Source of the DNA: Desulfomonilia bacterium
GTDB lineage: Bacteria > Desulfobacterota > Desulfomonilia > UBA1062
Reading direction: 5' to 3'
Assembly (NCBI GenBank): GCA_963664325.2
Contig: CAXXDQ010000004.1
Coordinates: forward strand, 672,001-736,000
Length of the DNA: 64,000 nucleotides
The notes beneath the pieces are model-generated. The model was not told the DNA's origin. It ran no database searches and saw nothing but the letters and a program-made list of their open reading frames with translations. Shown piece by piece: positions 17,987-28,239 of the stretch (positions are counted from its first letter, which is position 1; each line of letters opens with the position of its first letter). A program made the translations under genes and the position numbers.

Positions 17987-18270
17987 AAACGTTATCATGC
18001 ATGCAATATTGAAACTATATTTAATCCCCATCTAAGTAAATTGGTACCTGTCTGCAGAAAAATACATTCCTCATAGGCATAACTATCCCTATAAGGTATC
18101 ACAATGATTGATATCTTGAGGTAATCTATAGCAAGCCGGCTGTGAGGGTATCAAATTGAGATATTTACTGTCGGACCATTGGTCATGGGTATAGCTCTCT
18201 GCAATATATCCAGGATTTTGGAATATCAATGTTGGCCAACCTGTCAGATAATGCCATGTCCGATCAACTT

Positions 18271-19590
18271 TCATTTGCCCTCAGAAAGGTTTTCATTAAC
18301 GGCTGAAGGAGGGTTTATCGTCACATCCACCCAGGGTCCTTTTATGAGAGATAATGCCGCCTTCCGGACCTCGGGCAGGGTTAGCGCCGCAATATCCGCC
18401 AGAAATTTCTTGTCGAAATCAAGCGGGATACCCTGAAAGACATAACCCATTGAATGCGAGATTATCCCGCCGGGCGTGTTGTATTCGGTTGCAGCCCTGT
18501 TTATTATGGTTGCCTTGGCCCAGCTGACCTCTTCATCAGTAATGCTTTCTTCTGCGAGAGCGAATGTGCGCGCCAGGGCATCCCTCACGTTCTTGAGCTC
18601 CTTCGGTTCTGTAATGACGATTATGCCGGATGCCCCCCAGAGCGGAGAGGCCTGGTAAAAACTGTCCGCCGAATATGCCAGCCCCGCCTTGGTCCGTACC
18701 TCCTTGACGAGAAGCGAGTTGAACCCGCCGGAGCCTATTATAAGGTCTGCGGCCACGGTTGCGGCATAGGAAGGGTCCTTCATGTCGGGCGCCTTATGGA
18801 TCATAAGGACAATACAGTGCTTCTGGTTCGCCAGGCCGGTGAATGAGCCATAATCAGGATTAGGGGGGTAGGTAAGTTTCGATGTCGAGAACTTGCCAGG
18901 GAATTCGTTTTTCAGTTGACGGGTGTTTTTTTCATCCAGGCTGCCGGTTATTCCTATCAGGGGTTTCGAATTGAATATTTCCTTGTGCATTTCAAGCATG
19001 TCCTCTTTTGTGATGGCATCGACGCTATTTGCCGTCGGCCTTTCGGCCCTGGGATCATCCCTGTAGTAATGCCTGTAGTATATGGTATATGCCTGTTCGA
19101 TAGCCTCGTCGTCCTTGCGTATAATGCCGTCTTTCATTATGCCCCGTTCCAGTTCGACACGCTTTGTGTCGAGCCTCGGTGATTTGATGATGTCGACAAG
19201 GAGCCTGATCGCCTTGTCCGATACATCCGGCAGGAATGACATCCCGACCATTGTATAGTCTCTCTGGGGAGAGACGGAGATGTCTATGGCCAGCGAATCA
19301 AGGAGCTTATCCATTTCTTCCGGGCCGATATCTTTGGTCCCTCCTGTGACAAGTGATGAACAAAGGAGATCCGCAGTTCCTTCCGCCCCTTTCTTATCCA
19401 GGATCGTCCCGCCGGGGAAAAGCAGAATTACATGGGTCACGCCCGTACCCTCAAGCCTGTATATGCCGTCAACGGGGCTCGCCACCGGAGGAACGGCAGT
19501 AACCGGTATTTCTGCAAGAAGCCTTGGGTCGGCTGTTGTGGCGCACCCCGCAAAAATCAACAAAACAAAAATGATAATGGCCTTTTTCAT
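18271..19590 (-). CDS. M16 family peptidase, non-catalytic partner subunit (lipoprotein)
   Basis: Lipobox FAGC; IIGSGGFNSLL..EVRTKAGLAYS R/Y pair; HXXEH degenerate. Confidence 0.88.
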   Translation of the reverse strand: MKKAIIIFVLLIFAGCATTADPRLLAEIPVTAVPPVASPVDGIYRLEGTGVTHVILLFPGGTILDKKGAEGTADLLCSSLVTGGTKDIGPEEMDKLLDSLAIDISVSPQRDYTMVGMSFLPDVSDKAIRLLVDIIKSPRLDTKRVELERGIMKDGIIRKDDEAIEQAYTIYYRHYYRDDPRAERPTANSVDAITKEDMLEMHKEIFNSKPLIGITGSLDEKNTRQLKNEFPGKFSTSKLTYPPNPDYGSFTGLANQKHCIVLMIHKAPDMKDPSYAATVAADLIIGSGGFNSLLVKEVRTKAGLAYSADSFYQASPLWGASGIIVITEPKELKNVRDALARTFALAEESITDEEVSWAKATIINRAATEYNTPGGIISHSMGYVFQGIPLDFDKKFLADIAALTLPEVRKAALSLIKGPWVDVTINPPSAVNENLSEGK

Positions 19591-19591
19591 C

Positions 19592-21064
19592 TCACTCCTC
19601 CAGGTATGCAGTGGTGGCATTCTCCCTTACAAGGTATTTAGAAGAACATTCTTTTATCTGACCGGATTTCAGACCCTGAAGGACTTCAAGATTTTTGAAC
19701 ACGTATTTCCAGTCCCCGGCAAGCATCTCATAAGTGGACAGGACGGATGCGGCCCCGGCATCGGTTTCAAGGGATGTCAGGATGGATTTCGTGAGGACCC
19801 TGACGGTCTGATCGAGTTCCTCTTTTGTAATACCCTCTTTTTTAAGCAGTTCGATCTCTTTCCATATTATATCTTCGAGCTCTTTATTCGTATGCGGGCT
19901 TACAGGGTTTGCCGAGATTATGAAAAGATTGTCAAGCCTGCTTCCGGGCAGGCCGTTATATGTGCTCACATCCGAGGCAAGGCCTTTTTTAACCAGAGCC
20001 CTGATCAGCCTTGAGGTCTCGCCGCCTGCAAGCACCTGCTCGATAACATCGAAACATGTGTCGTCGACAGACGGAAGTTTTGGTTTTTTCACCCCGATGA
20101 TGATGCTCGGCTGTTCTTTGGAGGATATCCTGACTTTTATATTCGCCCTGCGGGACGGCTCGTCAAGGGCTATTGATTCGGTCTTGCCCCGGTTGGGAAT
20201 TTTTCCGAAATACCGGGCCAGTATTTTTTTTGTCTCTGCAGGATCAAATCCGCCGGCAATGGCGACCACCATATTCCTGGGAATATAGTGTTCAAAGTAG
20301 TAATCCTGCAGGTCTTTTCTTGTGAGGCCTTCGATATCCTTCCTGAACCCTATGACAGGGTACCTGTAAGGAGATGCCTCGAAGGAATGAAGAAGGAATT
20401 TTTCGAATAAAGTCCCTTCATCCGAAAGGTCGATACTCTGCGAACGCTCTTTCAGAACCACGTCCCTTTCCGAATAGAATTCCCTGAAAACGGGCTTTCT
20501 CATCCGTTCGCTTTCAATGGCCGCCCAGAATTCGATCCTGCCTTTGGGCAGGCTCACATGATACGAGGTCAGGTCCGCGGAAGTGGAGGCGTTAAGGCCG
20601 ACGCCTCCGGCCAGGGAATACAGCCTGTCAAGCTCACCCGGCACCTCGAAGGCGGATGCCTTCTTTGTCAGTCCGGCCATTTTGTCGTTCAGGGCTTTGC
20701 TGTCCTTAGGTGACGCGGTCTTCATCTTTTCAGCAATGTCATCCATTTCATCAAGCAGTTTTTTTTCCTTCCGGTAATCGGTGGTGCCTATGGTGCCGGT
20801 CCCTTTGAACATCATGTGTTCCAGCATGTGGGAAAGCCCGGTCTTTCCCGGGTGTTCGTCGATGCTGCCTACTTTGACCCTGACCTCGAAAGAGACCGAG
20901 CTGGAATCCCTGGGCAGCAGAAGAAACGTCATGCCGTTGTCAAGCACGTAGCGCTCGACATCAGGCAGTTCCGTTGACAGCGAATATCCGGGAACGAAGA
21001 GCAAAATAAGAAATATTACAGCCGTCAAAAACTTTGTCTGCTTGTAAATGGTACCTGCGTTCAT
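19592..21064 (-). CDS. M16B zinc peptidase, catalytic subunit
   Basis: VGSIDE, GLSHMLEHMMFKGT (HXXEH), NASTS.D.T.Y and ERDVVLKER. Confidence 0.93.
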   Translation of the reverse strand: MNAGTIYKQTKFLTAVIFLILLFVPGYSLSTELPDVERYVLDNGMTFLLLPRDSSSVSFEVRVKVGSIDEHPGKTGLSHMLEHMMFKGTGTIGTTDYRKEKKLLDEMDDIAEKMKTASPKDSKALNDKMAGLTKKASAFEVPGELDRLYSLAGGVGLNASTSADLTSYHVSLPKGRIEFWAAIESERMRKPVFREFYSERDVVLKERSQSIDLSDEGTLFEKFLLHSFEASPYRYPVIGFRKDIEGLTRKDLQDYYFEHYIPRNMVVAIAGGFDPAETKKILARYFGKIPNRGKTESIALDEPSRRANIKVRISSKEQPSIIIGVKKPKLPSVDDTCFDVIEQVLAGGETSRLIRALVKKGLASDVSTYNGLPGSRLDNLFIISANPVSPHTNKELEDIIWKEIELLKKEGITKEELDQTVRVLTKSILTSLETDAGAASVLSTYEMLAGDWKYVFKNLEVLQGLKSGQIKECSSKYLVRENATTAYLEE

Positions 21065-21153
21065 GCATTTCTCCTCTCACGTGAGCGTATAACCTATTGC
21101 CCGAGCAAGGTCTTGCTAATTATAAGATAAATGTACTATTTGTAAAAGCGCGC

Positions 21154-24100
21154 ATGAAAAAAACCGTTAAAACCATTATTGTCCTGCTGCTTGCGATAGC
21201 CATCGTCCTTGCAGCGTTGTATCTTGCGGCATGGTATTTTATTACGCCCGAACGCTTCAGGACAATTGCCGAGTCTGCCATCAGCGAGATGCTGGGCAAA
21301 GATGTGGTCATCAAAAATATACACATAGAGCTTTTCGACAATCCCTATATCAGTGTTTCAGGCATCGAACTGGGCAGCAGGGATGAGGTATTCCTTAAGG
21401 CGGATGCAATAACCGCCCGGTTTTCAAAATGGGGGCTGCTTTTCGGAAGGGAGGGCATTAAATCGGTTGACCTGACCAATCCCTTTATCATCGTGCATGC
21501 GGACAAAATTAAGAAGAATGAAAAAACACCCGAAGTGCCTCTTATAAGAACAAATAACGCCATATGTATCGTGTATTATAAAAACAGGTTTATTAAGATT
21601 GATAACATTAGAGGTTACGTAAGCTCTTATCTGGCTGATCTGAATGCCGATGTTCTGGACGGCAAAATCAGGGTTATGGCGCTCAAATCCGCAGGTTCGT
21701 GGAAAGCCCAGGCTATATTGAAAAACCTGAACCTTTTCATGCTGGATAAAAACCTGGCCGGCTATTCTGACGGTGATGTTTCGTTCACAACAAAGAACGA
21801 CGACATGACAGTGAATGCATATCTCAATTTCAAACAGCTGGGCCTTCCCGGGGGTGTCAGGGCCGGGTTAGTGAATCTGAAGGCCGATGCTGATAAAAAG
21901 GGCGATAAATATTCCTGCGATTTAAGGCTTGATACAAAAGGAGTTGGCCTTCCATGGGCTGCCGGTGTTGAGCGTCTTGATATTAGATCCCGGATAAACA
22001 CTGATTTGAAAGACATTTACATCAAAGACCTTCAGGTTAAATCCAGCCTGATAGATTTATCGGGAACGGCAGCGATAAAGGGTGTTGATAAAAAAGGGGA
22101 AATGTTCCTTGAAATGAATATCAAATCGGAAGAATTCGATTACGAACCATTTGTGGACTTCCTTCCGGTTAAAGAGTTTCCGGACTGGCTGTATGATCTT
22201 CTTAAAAAACAGGCCCGGAAAGGCCGGGTGCAGATCAGCCATGCAGGTTTCAGGGGAAAGGTCAAAGACTTTGGCTCATATAACACCTGCATAAAAGACC
22301 TTGATATCGCACTTGCCCTTAACGGACTCACATTCAGCTCCAGGCCTGGAAACATGGTAAAAAACATCAAAGCTTTGCTTGTTACCAAAGATGGAGATAT
22401 CAATGTCCTGAACATTACCGGCACTGCCGGCAAATCAGAGCTTAAATCCGTTACTCTGCGATTCCCGTCTACGCACAAGGATGATTTCAAAATCGGCGTT
22501 GAAGCGGACCTTGACATGGAAGCCGCCGACTTCATGCAGGCCTGGCGTGCAGGGGTGACAGCAATGAATGTCAATACCTTCCTCGACCCGGTCAATCAAA
22601 TCAGGGACGGTCGTATTTCAGCAAAGGCAGAAGTTTTTTATGAGAAGAATACCGGCGGTGCAAGGGTCAGGGGGAATGCCGTTCTTTCCGGTGTTGACCT
22701 GAACTGGGACAAGGCCGTCATCAGGGACCTTTCCGGGACCTTAAAAGACCCTGAATATTTTCAGCCTCTCCTTGTGGGCGTCAAAGGTGTTTACAATGAT
22801 ATTAAGGTTGACAGGTTGAACATGAATATCATGGATCCTTTTGGCAGGATCCGTTTTACATATGACCTGAAAGCAAGGGGCTTGCCAGGGTCAGAGGCTT
22901 TCAGCCTGGATAAGGACACCGCCGTAACGGCTTCAGGTAAAGGGATATGGCCTGAACTTGGTGGAAGTCTGATTGTCGAATCAAGAGATTTCACAGTCTA
23001 TGGTACCCAGATAAAACCCAGAACCGGCATGGTTTCAGGATCGGGCGATTTTTCTGCAAGAATAGGTTCAGGAACCTTTATTGATATCCCTGAGCTAAAC
23101 ACTATCCTGGGCGAAACAAACATCAAGACAAAAATATACGCCTCTGAAGAGTATTCATCCTTCAGTCTTGCCGGAAGGGTCGACCTTTCCGCGTTCGATA
23201 TCCTTGAGAAAGGGGATTTCACACCCTATTCGGGTCTTGCTTCGGGCGACTTTTCCATACGGCTGGGAGAAGATGCAAAATTCTTCGGCAGGTTGAACCT
23301 TAACAATGTCCAGTTTGAACATAAGGGAACGATGACGGCAATTGACGGCGATTTAACCATGGATAAGAAAAACATCGGGCTTAAGGATATAAAGGTGGTT
23401 CAAACCGGAGTAAACGCAGTGCTGAATGGGACTTTGACGCTGAATGAAATTCCGGAATTCAAAGGGGATGCAGTAATAGCAGATCTTAAAATCGGAGGGG
23501 AAGGGAAATCACCATCAACGGACAATTCCTTTGGTAAAATCAAGGTGGATGCCAAGGTCAGGTTTGCCAATATAAGTTTTTCAGGAGTCAATATCCCGCA
23601 GGGCACCACCGGGGTTCAGCTTGAAAACGGTGTCCTCAAGCTGCTCGGAATGGATATGAAAGTGCCTTACGGGTCGGTTACAGGCTCAGTAATGATACCC
23701 CAGGACGGCAGTAAAATTTACGATCTCAACATAAACATTGATGATGCACCCATAACAGAAGCCATAAAAATGTATTCAAAGGATAAACCCTGGATAACAG
23801 GCACAATGAATATGCATGGAAGGCTCTGGAATACAGGTGATGCCGTAAACGGGGATATCAAGTTCAAGGCCACAAACGGCATAATCGACAAGTATAATCT
23901 CGTCTCGAGGATTTTCAGTGTCTTGAACCCGTATAAAATCATCAAGACAGGGGAGTTTGACCTCACGCATGTCGGATTTCCCTATAACCATCTGTCTGCC
24001 AACTTTACCATAAGGGATTCATATGTTACATTCGACGATTTTTATCTGGACAGCAATTCACTGCAGGTTTCAGCAGTAGGGAAATACATGCTCAGGACAA

Positions 24101-24396
24101 ATTATATGGATGTCATAATGGGAATCCAGCCGCTCGAAACCTTTGACAAGACTGTCGGAATGATTCCTATTGTGGGATGGGTGCTTACCGGTGATAAAGG
24201 CACCCTTATTGTCATAAGCCTCAAGGTGCGGGGCCCGGTTGACGACCCGTCAGTAAAATATCTGCCAGCAGTCTCGATTTCGCATCCTGTCGAGCAATCG
24301 CTGCTGCGCGTTCTGAAACTTCCCGTTGATCTGCTTACCAGACCCGAGGAGGTGATCCTGCCCAGCATGAATAAAGAAGACAAAAAAGGGCAGTAA
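21154..24396 (+). CDS. AsmA-like/YhdP-type envelope protein
   Basis: N-terminal TM anchor, long beta-rich body, and AsmA_2-like C-terminus (GFPYNHLSANF...IPIVGWVLTG...VRGPVDDPSV). Confidence 0.85.
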   Translation: MKKTVKTIIVLLLAIAIVLAALYLAAWYFITPERFRTIAESAISEMLGKDVVIKNIHIELFDNPYISVSGIELGSRDEVFLKADAITARFSKWGLLFGREGIKSVDLTNPFIIVHADKIKKNEKTPEVPLIRTNNAICIVYYKNRFIKIDNIRGYVSSYLADLNADVLDGKIRVMALKSAGSWKAQAILKNLNLFMLDKNLAGYSDGDVSFTTKNDDMTVNAYLNFKQLGLPGGVRAGLVNLKADADKKGDKYSCDLRLDTKGVGLPWAAGVERLDIRSRINTDLKDIYIKDLQVKSSLIDLSGTAAIKGVDKKGEMFLEMNIKSEEFDYEPFVDFLPVKEFPDWLYDLLKKQARKGRVQISHAGFRGKVKDFGSYNTCIKDLDIALALNGLTFSSRPGNMVKNIKALLVTKDGDINVLNITGTAGKSELKSVTLRFPSTHKDDFKIGVEADLDMEAADFMQAWRAGVTAMNVNTFLDPVNQIRDGRISAKAEVFYEKNTGGARVRGNAVLSGVDLNWDKAVIRDLSGTLKDPEYFQPLLVGVKGVYNDIKVDRLNMNIMDPFGRIRFTYDLKARGLPGSEAFSLDKDTAVTASGKGIWPELGGSLIVESRDFTVYGTQIKPRTGMVSGSGDFSARIGSGTFIDIPELNTILGETNIKTKIYASEEYSSFSLAGRVDLSAFDILEKGDFTPYSGLASGDFSIRLGEDAKFFGRLNLNNVQFEHKGTMTAIDGDLTMDKKNIGLKDIKVVQTGVNAVLNGTLTLNEIPEFKGDAVIADLKIGGEGKSPSTDNSFGKIKVDAKVRFANISFSGVNIPQGTTGVQLENGVLKLLGMDMKVPYGSVTGSVMIPQDGSKIYDLNINIDDAPITEAIKMYSKDKPWITGTMNMHGRLWNTGDAVNGDIKFKATNGIIDKYNLVSRIFSVLNPYKIIKTGEFDLTHVGFPYNHLSANFTIRDSYVTFDDFYLDSNSLQVSAVGKYMLRTNYMDVIMGIQPLETFDKTVGMIPIVGWVLTGDKGTLIVISLKVRGPVDDPSVKYLPAVSISHPVEQSLLRVLKLPVDLLTRPEEVILPSMNKEDKKGQ

Positions 24397-24407
24397 TCCG
24401 GCTGATA

Positions 24408-26171
24408 TCATTGTTTAGAAACAGCCGTGTTTCCTTGCTCTGCAGGCTTTTCAATCTTTACATCAGGCGTTTTAACTGTTAACCCCAGGTCTTCATACCT
24501 GTTGGTACCTCTTGTCGAACTGTTCAACTCGAGCCCGTATATGGCGCATAGCGTGAGGGCAATATCCGATATCCTGTAGTTATTTTTATATCCCGGGTCG
24601 GGTATGGCCTTTGCTCCGGGAATACCGCCGCCCTGGAATGCCATGACAATTGGTGCCGTATCCTCGGCCCCGTGCCCTCCAAGCAGATAATTTAAAGGGG
24701 GTAGCCATGCGGGCAGTTTGGCCCCCAGGTTATTGGCAATACCAGTTGTAACAGGCAGCTGCCACCCGTTTTTCATGAAGATGAATATATCAGGCCATAT
24801 GAGGCTGTCAGGGGCATTCTTATCTGCAAAATAGCCATGATATAGCTCGCCTGGCTCAATTACGCCCGGTATGCCTATTCTCATCTCTTCCGCCGTTGCA
24901 ACCGTAAAAGGGCACTCATAATTGCCGGTTGCAGGATTTTTTATCCTGTAGGCATTGAGCGCAGCCCTGGCCAGGGATGCCTTGGCTCTGCGCCCGTCGA
25001 GGCTGGCGGCCTGGAAATAGATCTCCCCAATTGAAGCTATCGAATTGACGGTAAAACCCTTTCCCATTTTTTCTTCTTTTGTAATTGCTTTGTATTTATA
25101 CAGGATGTCGGTGACATTGGTGTTGAGTGAGGGGCAGACGTTTGACTCGAAAGTCTCATTGTAGCTCATGTGACCGTGATCGCTGTACAGGATGATCAGT
25201 GCGTCTTCATAGCCTGGTATGCCCCGGATATCTTTAATCAATTTTCCGAAGCCGTCATCAACAAGCTTCATGGCTGCCACGACAGGCGCCCTGTGCACAT
25301 CCGGATTCCTTTTATCCTTTACTACGCAGCAGGTTTTTTCAAATTCATCTGGCGTCCTTATGCTTCCCAGCGCATGCTGCAAGTCATCCATCTCTGCCAG
25401 GATGATCATGCTGACTTCCGGCTTTTCCTTTTTCATTACCGCTATCGAGGCTTCAGCGACCCAACTGTCAGGCGGGAACCTGTCTTCACGATCTTTGTAT
25501 GCAATACCGAGAAACCGCTTCTGATAAAGGCTTTTACGGGCGCAGAAACCTGTCTTGCCGTTTTCATCTTTCGGGTCAAAATCCCAGGGCCATGGTTTTT
25601 CAACATAGTCAGGGCGGTTAGTCCCTGTAACCATAAAATCTATGCCACTGTCCGGCACATCGAACATTGTAGCGACCCAGCCTTTGCCCGTGGCCAGCAT
25701 CGCCTTTGATTCCGGTGATTTCCTTTTGAAAGCCTTGAAAATAGTATCTACCGTACGACCCTTGTCGTCTTTCGCATATGACATGCTTGTATTCTGGTAG
25801 ACGGCCTTCCCGTTTTTGTCCCATTCCCTGAACTGTTGTGAAACACCTATGATGCCCGTCAGAGCAGATGTCGTGCCGGCAACAGCATTGAGGTGATTCA
25901 TGTCGGTTGCAGCCGGAAGCCAGCAGCGCGAATTTTCAAACCATACAGAGCTTTCCAGGAATTCTCGTATATTGGGAAGAAGCCAGTCGCCGGGTTTTCC
26001 TCCGCGCTCTCCTCGACTGTTGAGAGACATCACAGAAGGGTCAAGTGAATCAATGGATACAAGCACCAGTTTGGGCAGGACTGCAGTTTCACTGCAAAAT
26101 GAACTTGCAGGTAATATTAACACAGCAAATAACAAAAATGCCATTAGGTAAGAAAATATGCGTGCCTTCAT
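24408..26171 (-). CDS. alkaline phosphatase superfamily (nucleotide pyrophosphatase/phosphodiesterase-like) exported protein
   Basis: SIDSL, PAATDMNH (Thr nucleophile), DDLQH, SDHGH and GGHG. Has a signal peptide and RBS GGAGG. Confidence 0.85.
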   Translation of the reverse strand: MKARIFSYLMAFLLFAVLILPASSFCSETAVLPKLVLVSIDSLDPSVMSLNSRGERGGKPGDWLLPNIREFLESSVWFENSRCWLPAATDMNHLNAVAGTTSALTGIIGVSQQFREWDKNGKAVYQNTSMSYAKDDKGRTVDTIFKAFKRKSPESKAMLATGKGWVATMFDVPDSGIDFMVTGTNRPDYVEKPWPWDFDPKDENGKTGFCARKSLYQKRFLGIAYKDREDRFPPDSWVAEASIAVMKKEKPEVSMIILAEMDDLQHALGSIRTPDEFEKTCCVVKDKRNPDVHRAPVVAAMKLVDDGFGKLIKDIRGIPGYEDALIILYSDHGHMSYNETFESNVCPSLNTNVTDILYKYKAITKEEKMGKGFTVNSIASIGEIYFQAASLDGRRAKASLARAALNAYRIKNPATGNYECPFTVATAEEMRIGIPGVIEPGELYHGYFADKNAPDSLIWPDIFIFMKNGWQLPVTTGIANNLGAKLPAWLPPLNYLLGGHGAEDTAPIVMAFQGGGIPGAKAIPDPGYKNNYRISDIALTLCAIYGLELNSSTRGTNRYEDLGLTVKTPDVKIEKPAEQGNTAVSKQ

Positions 26172-26328
26172 AAAACCTCCTGATTTATAAATTATAATAG
26201 CGGGTGCCAAGCAATCAAGAACGGGGCTGATTTATGGTTCATGTACCACAGCAGTTCTCTTGACATTATGGCTGCACCGCCATACCTGAAATTCATTTTT
26301 AATATACCGGGAACAAGCAAGACCGTAA

Positions 26329-26383
26329 AAACAACAAGTTAAAACAATTCCCCTGCTCATCAAATGCTGGCACGGGAATAGCA
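26329..26383 (+). promoter_or_regulatory. sigma54 promoter with upstream IHF-like site
   Basis: CTGGCACGGGAATAGCA at 26367-26383 (GG-N10-GC). AAACAACAAGTTA at 26329-26341 is one mismatch from WATCAAN4TTR. Confidence 0.65.
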
Positions 26384-26416
26384 ATGATAGATGTAACATT
26401 TGGAAAGGAGAGAGCT

Positions 26417-26692
26417 ATGAAAGCCATCAATATGAAACGTTGCACCGTATGCGGCAAGGCTGAAGCTGTAGATGTATGCGATACCTGCGGCAAGCCGTTA
26501 TGCAGGAAGTGCCGGAAGCTCGAGGTATGGGGTACAGGCGCGGAAGATCTTACATTCAAGCATCTCTGTCCGGCTTGCAAGGATAACCCGGAGATCAATC
26601 CATGGGGGGCCGTTCCCGAAGAATTCGGTCTTGGCGAGGTCCTTGAGATAATAAATTCAACGGAGAAAAGGGATCTTCCGCTTGCGGCATAA
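26417..26692 (+). CDS. small Cys-rich zinc-finger-like protein (four CxxC)
   Basis: RBS AAGGAG; CTVC, CDTC, CRKC and CPAC. Confidence 0.8.
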   Translation: MKAINMKRCTVCGKAEAVDVCDTCGKPLCRKCRKLEVWGTGAEDLTFKHLCPACKDNPEINPWGAVPEEFGLGEVLEIINSTEKRDLPLAA

Positions 26693-26823
26693 CAGTAAAC
26701 ATGGACGGTATAGCCGACAAGGAATCCAGGCAGGAGGCTCTGCTTTTTGGGAAACGGTGCCGGAATGCCACGGGAAAAGGGGATTACCCGGCAAGCTTGA
26801 AAGGCATATAAAAGGAGCATGTC

Positions 26824-27000
26824 ATGGGTGTGTATCAGGCATCGGTAAGCAATAATATAATAAGGTTTAAAAGACATAGTGCCTGGTTAAGCCTGAAGGC
26901 AGTTTGTGGAAAATACTTCACGGGCCTGACCTGGGTGAGTACGGCAGCTGAAGACGGCTTGAGAACGGCTTTTAAGGAATTATCGCGAAACATAAAGTGA
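26824..27000 (+). CDS. 58-aa small protein (not in ORF track)
   Basis: RBS AAGGAG 6 nt before ATG; MGVYQASVSNNIIRFKRHSAWLSLKAVCGKYFTGLTWVSTAAEDGLRTAFKELSRNIK*. Followed directly by a terminator. Confidence 0.55.
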   Translation: MGVYQASVSNNIIRFKRHSAWLSLKAVCGKYFTGLTWVSTAAEDGLRTAFKELSRNIK

Positions 27001-27010
27001 ATCAACCCTG

Positions 27011-27060
27011 AGCCGGAAAACCGGGTATTCCTTCCCAGCCCGGTTTTCCGGCTATTTTTT
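27011..27060 (+). terminator. rho-independent terminator
   Basis: 15-bp stem AGCCGGAAAACCGGG/CCCGGTTTTCCGGCT followed by ATTTTTT. Confidence 0.85.
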
Positions 27061-27152
27061 CCTTGATGCAAACCTGACTGCGGCATCATTTGAAACATGT
27101 GTCATAAAATTGTTAAACCATTCGAAACCCGGACTTTATTGAAAGGTATAGT

Positions 27153-28232
27153 TTAACACGGCTCCTGCTTGCTGTGAGGGATGAACATTTCGCTGAAAAG
27201 CCTTAGAAAACCAGTATCAGTAAGTCCGGCGATATAGTCTCTAGAAATCTCCGCAGGCTTAAGGCCTTCCGTATAACCCTTTTCGATTCGGGAAATGAAT
27301 TTGGCAACGACAGGGGAATAGTCATTCCCCTTTTCGATATCGCTGACCAGCCTTTCAAAAACAAGATTGTACATGCCCCCGATCTTTTCCGATTCCGCTT
27401 TTACACGGGGATTCAGATAGATATTTTCATAGTTGAATTCTTTAAGGGCCTTTAGTGCGGAAAAAACCTCGGGTGAGTAATAAATCTTTTCGGGTGATGA
27501 GTTTTCAATTAAATCCTCTACAAGGCTGTAGACTATCTTACCGTTTGTGTCGCCGAGAATGGAAGCTGATTCTTTGGGGATATCACGCCGGGAGATGATG
27601 CCAAGCAATATGGCGTCCTCGATATCGCGCCCTATATAGCTTACCGTATCGACAAAACGCACAAGACAGCCTTCCATTGTTGACGGTTTCGGGATTTTTC
27701 CTTCAAGGCAGGCCCTGATTTTATTGTCCAGTTCACTAAAGGAGACGGCATTGTCAGGCCTGATGCCTTGTTCCGTGGTTTCCCCGTTATGGCAAAGGAT
27801 ACCGTCTAGAACGGCCAGGGACAGGTTCAGGCCTTTTCCTTTTTTCTCTATGCGCTCAAGTGTCCATACTCCCTGCACATTATGCGCGAACAAGCCGATT
27901 CCTGCCATACGGCAGAGCCTGTCAAGGTAGTGTTCTCCGTCATGGCCGAAAGGCGGATGGCCTATGTCATGCCCTATGGCTATGGCTTCTATCAGGTCAT
28001 CATTAAGGCCCAGTCTCCTGCCTATTGTACGCGCTATCCGCGAAAGGAGCTGCACGTGTATCACCCTGTGGGAGATGCCCTGATGGCCGATAAGGGAAAA
28101 AACCTGTGTCTTGTCGATATAGGACGTATATGCAGCCGAATGCAGGATGCGATCGCAGTCAATGGAGAAGACATCCCGCATATCTTTTCTAAGGTCTTCA
28201 GGATGCCTTCTTGAAGTTAATAATTGTTTCAT
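27153..28232 (-). CDS. dgt: HD-domain dGTP triphosphohydrolase-like protein
   Basis: DRILHS, KTQVF, HRVIH, GHDIGHPPFGHDGE, D.EDA and RDYIAGLTD. Confidence 0.88.
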   Translation of the reverse strand: MKQLLTSRRHPEDLRKDMRDVFSIDCDRILHSAAYTSYIDKTQVFSLIGHQGISHRVIHVQLLSRIARTIGRRLGLNDDLIEAIAIGHDIGHPPFGHDGEHYLDRLCRMAGIGLFAHNVQGVWTLERIEKKGKGLNLSLAVLDGILCHNGETTEQGIRPDNAVSFSELDNKIRACLEGKIPKPSTMEGCLVRFVDTVSYIGRDIEDAILLGIISRRDIPKESASILGDTNGKIVYSLVEDLIENSSPEKIYYSPEVFSALKALKEFNYENIYLNPRVKAESEKIGGMYNLVFERLVSDIEKGNDYSPVVAKFISRIEKGYTEGLKPAEISRDYIAGLTDTGFLRLFSEMFIPHSKQEPC

Positions 28233-28239
28233 ATGAATT

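Noticed and set aside
26193-26210. Minus-strand TTGGCAC upstream of the phosphodiesterase as a sigma54 promoter
   Set aside because: No GC at the -12 position.
26693-27010. Possible structured ncRNA (RNase P, tmRNA, 6S)
   Set aside because: No hallmark motifs seen; better explained by the RBS-led 58-aa ORF and terminator.
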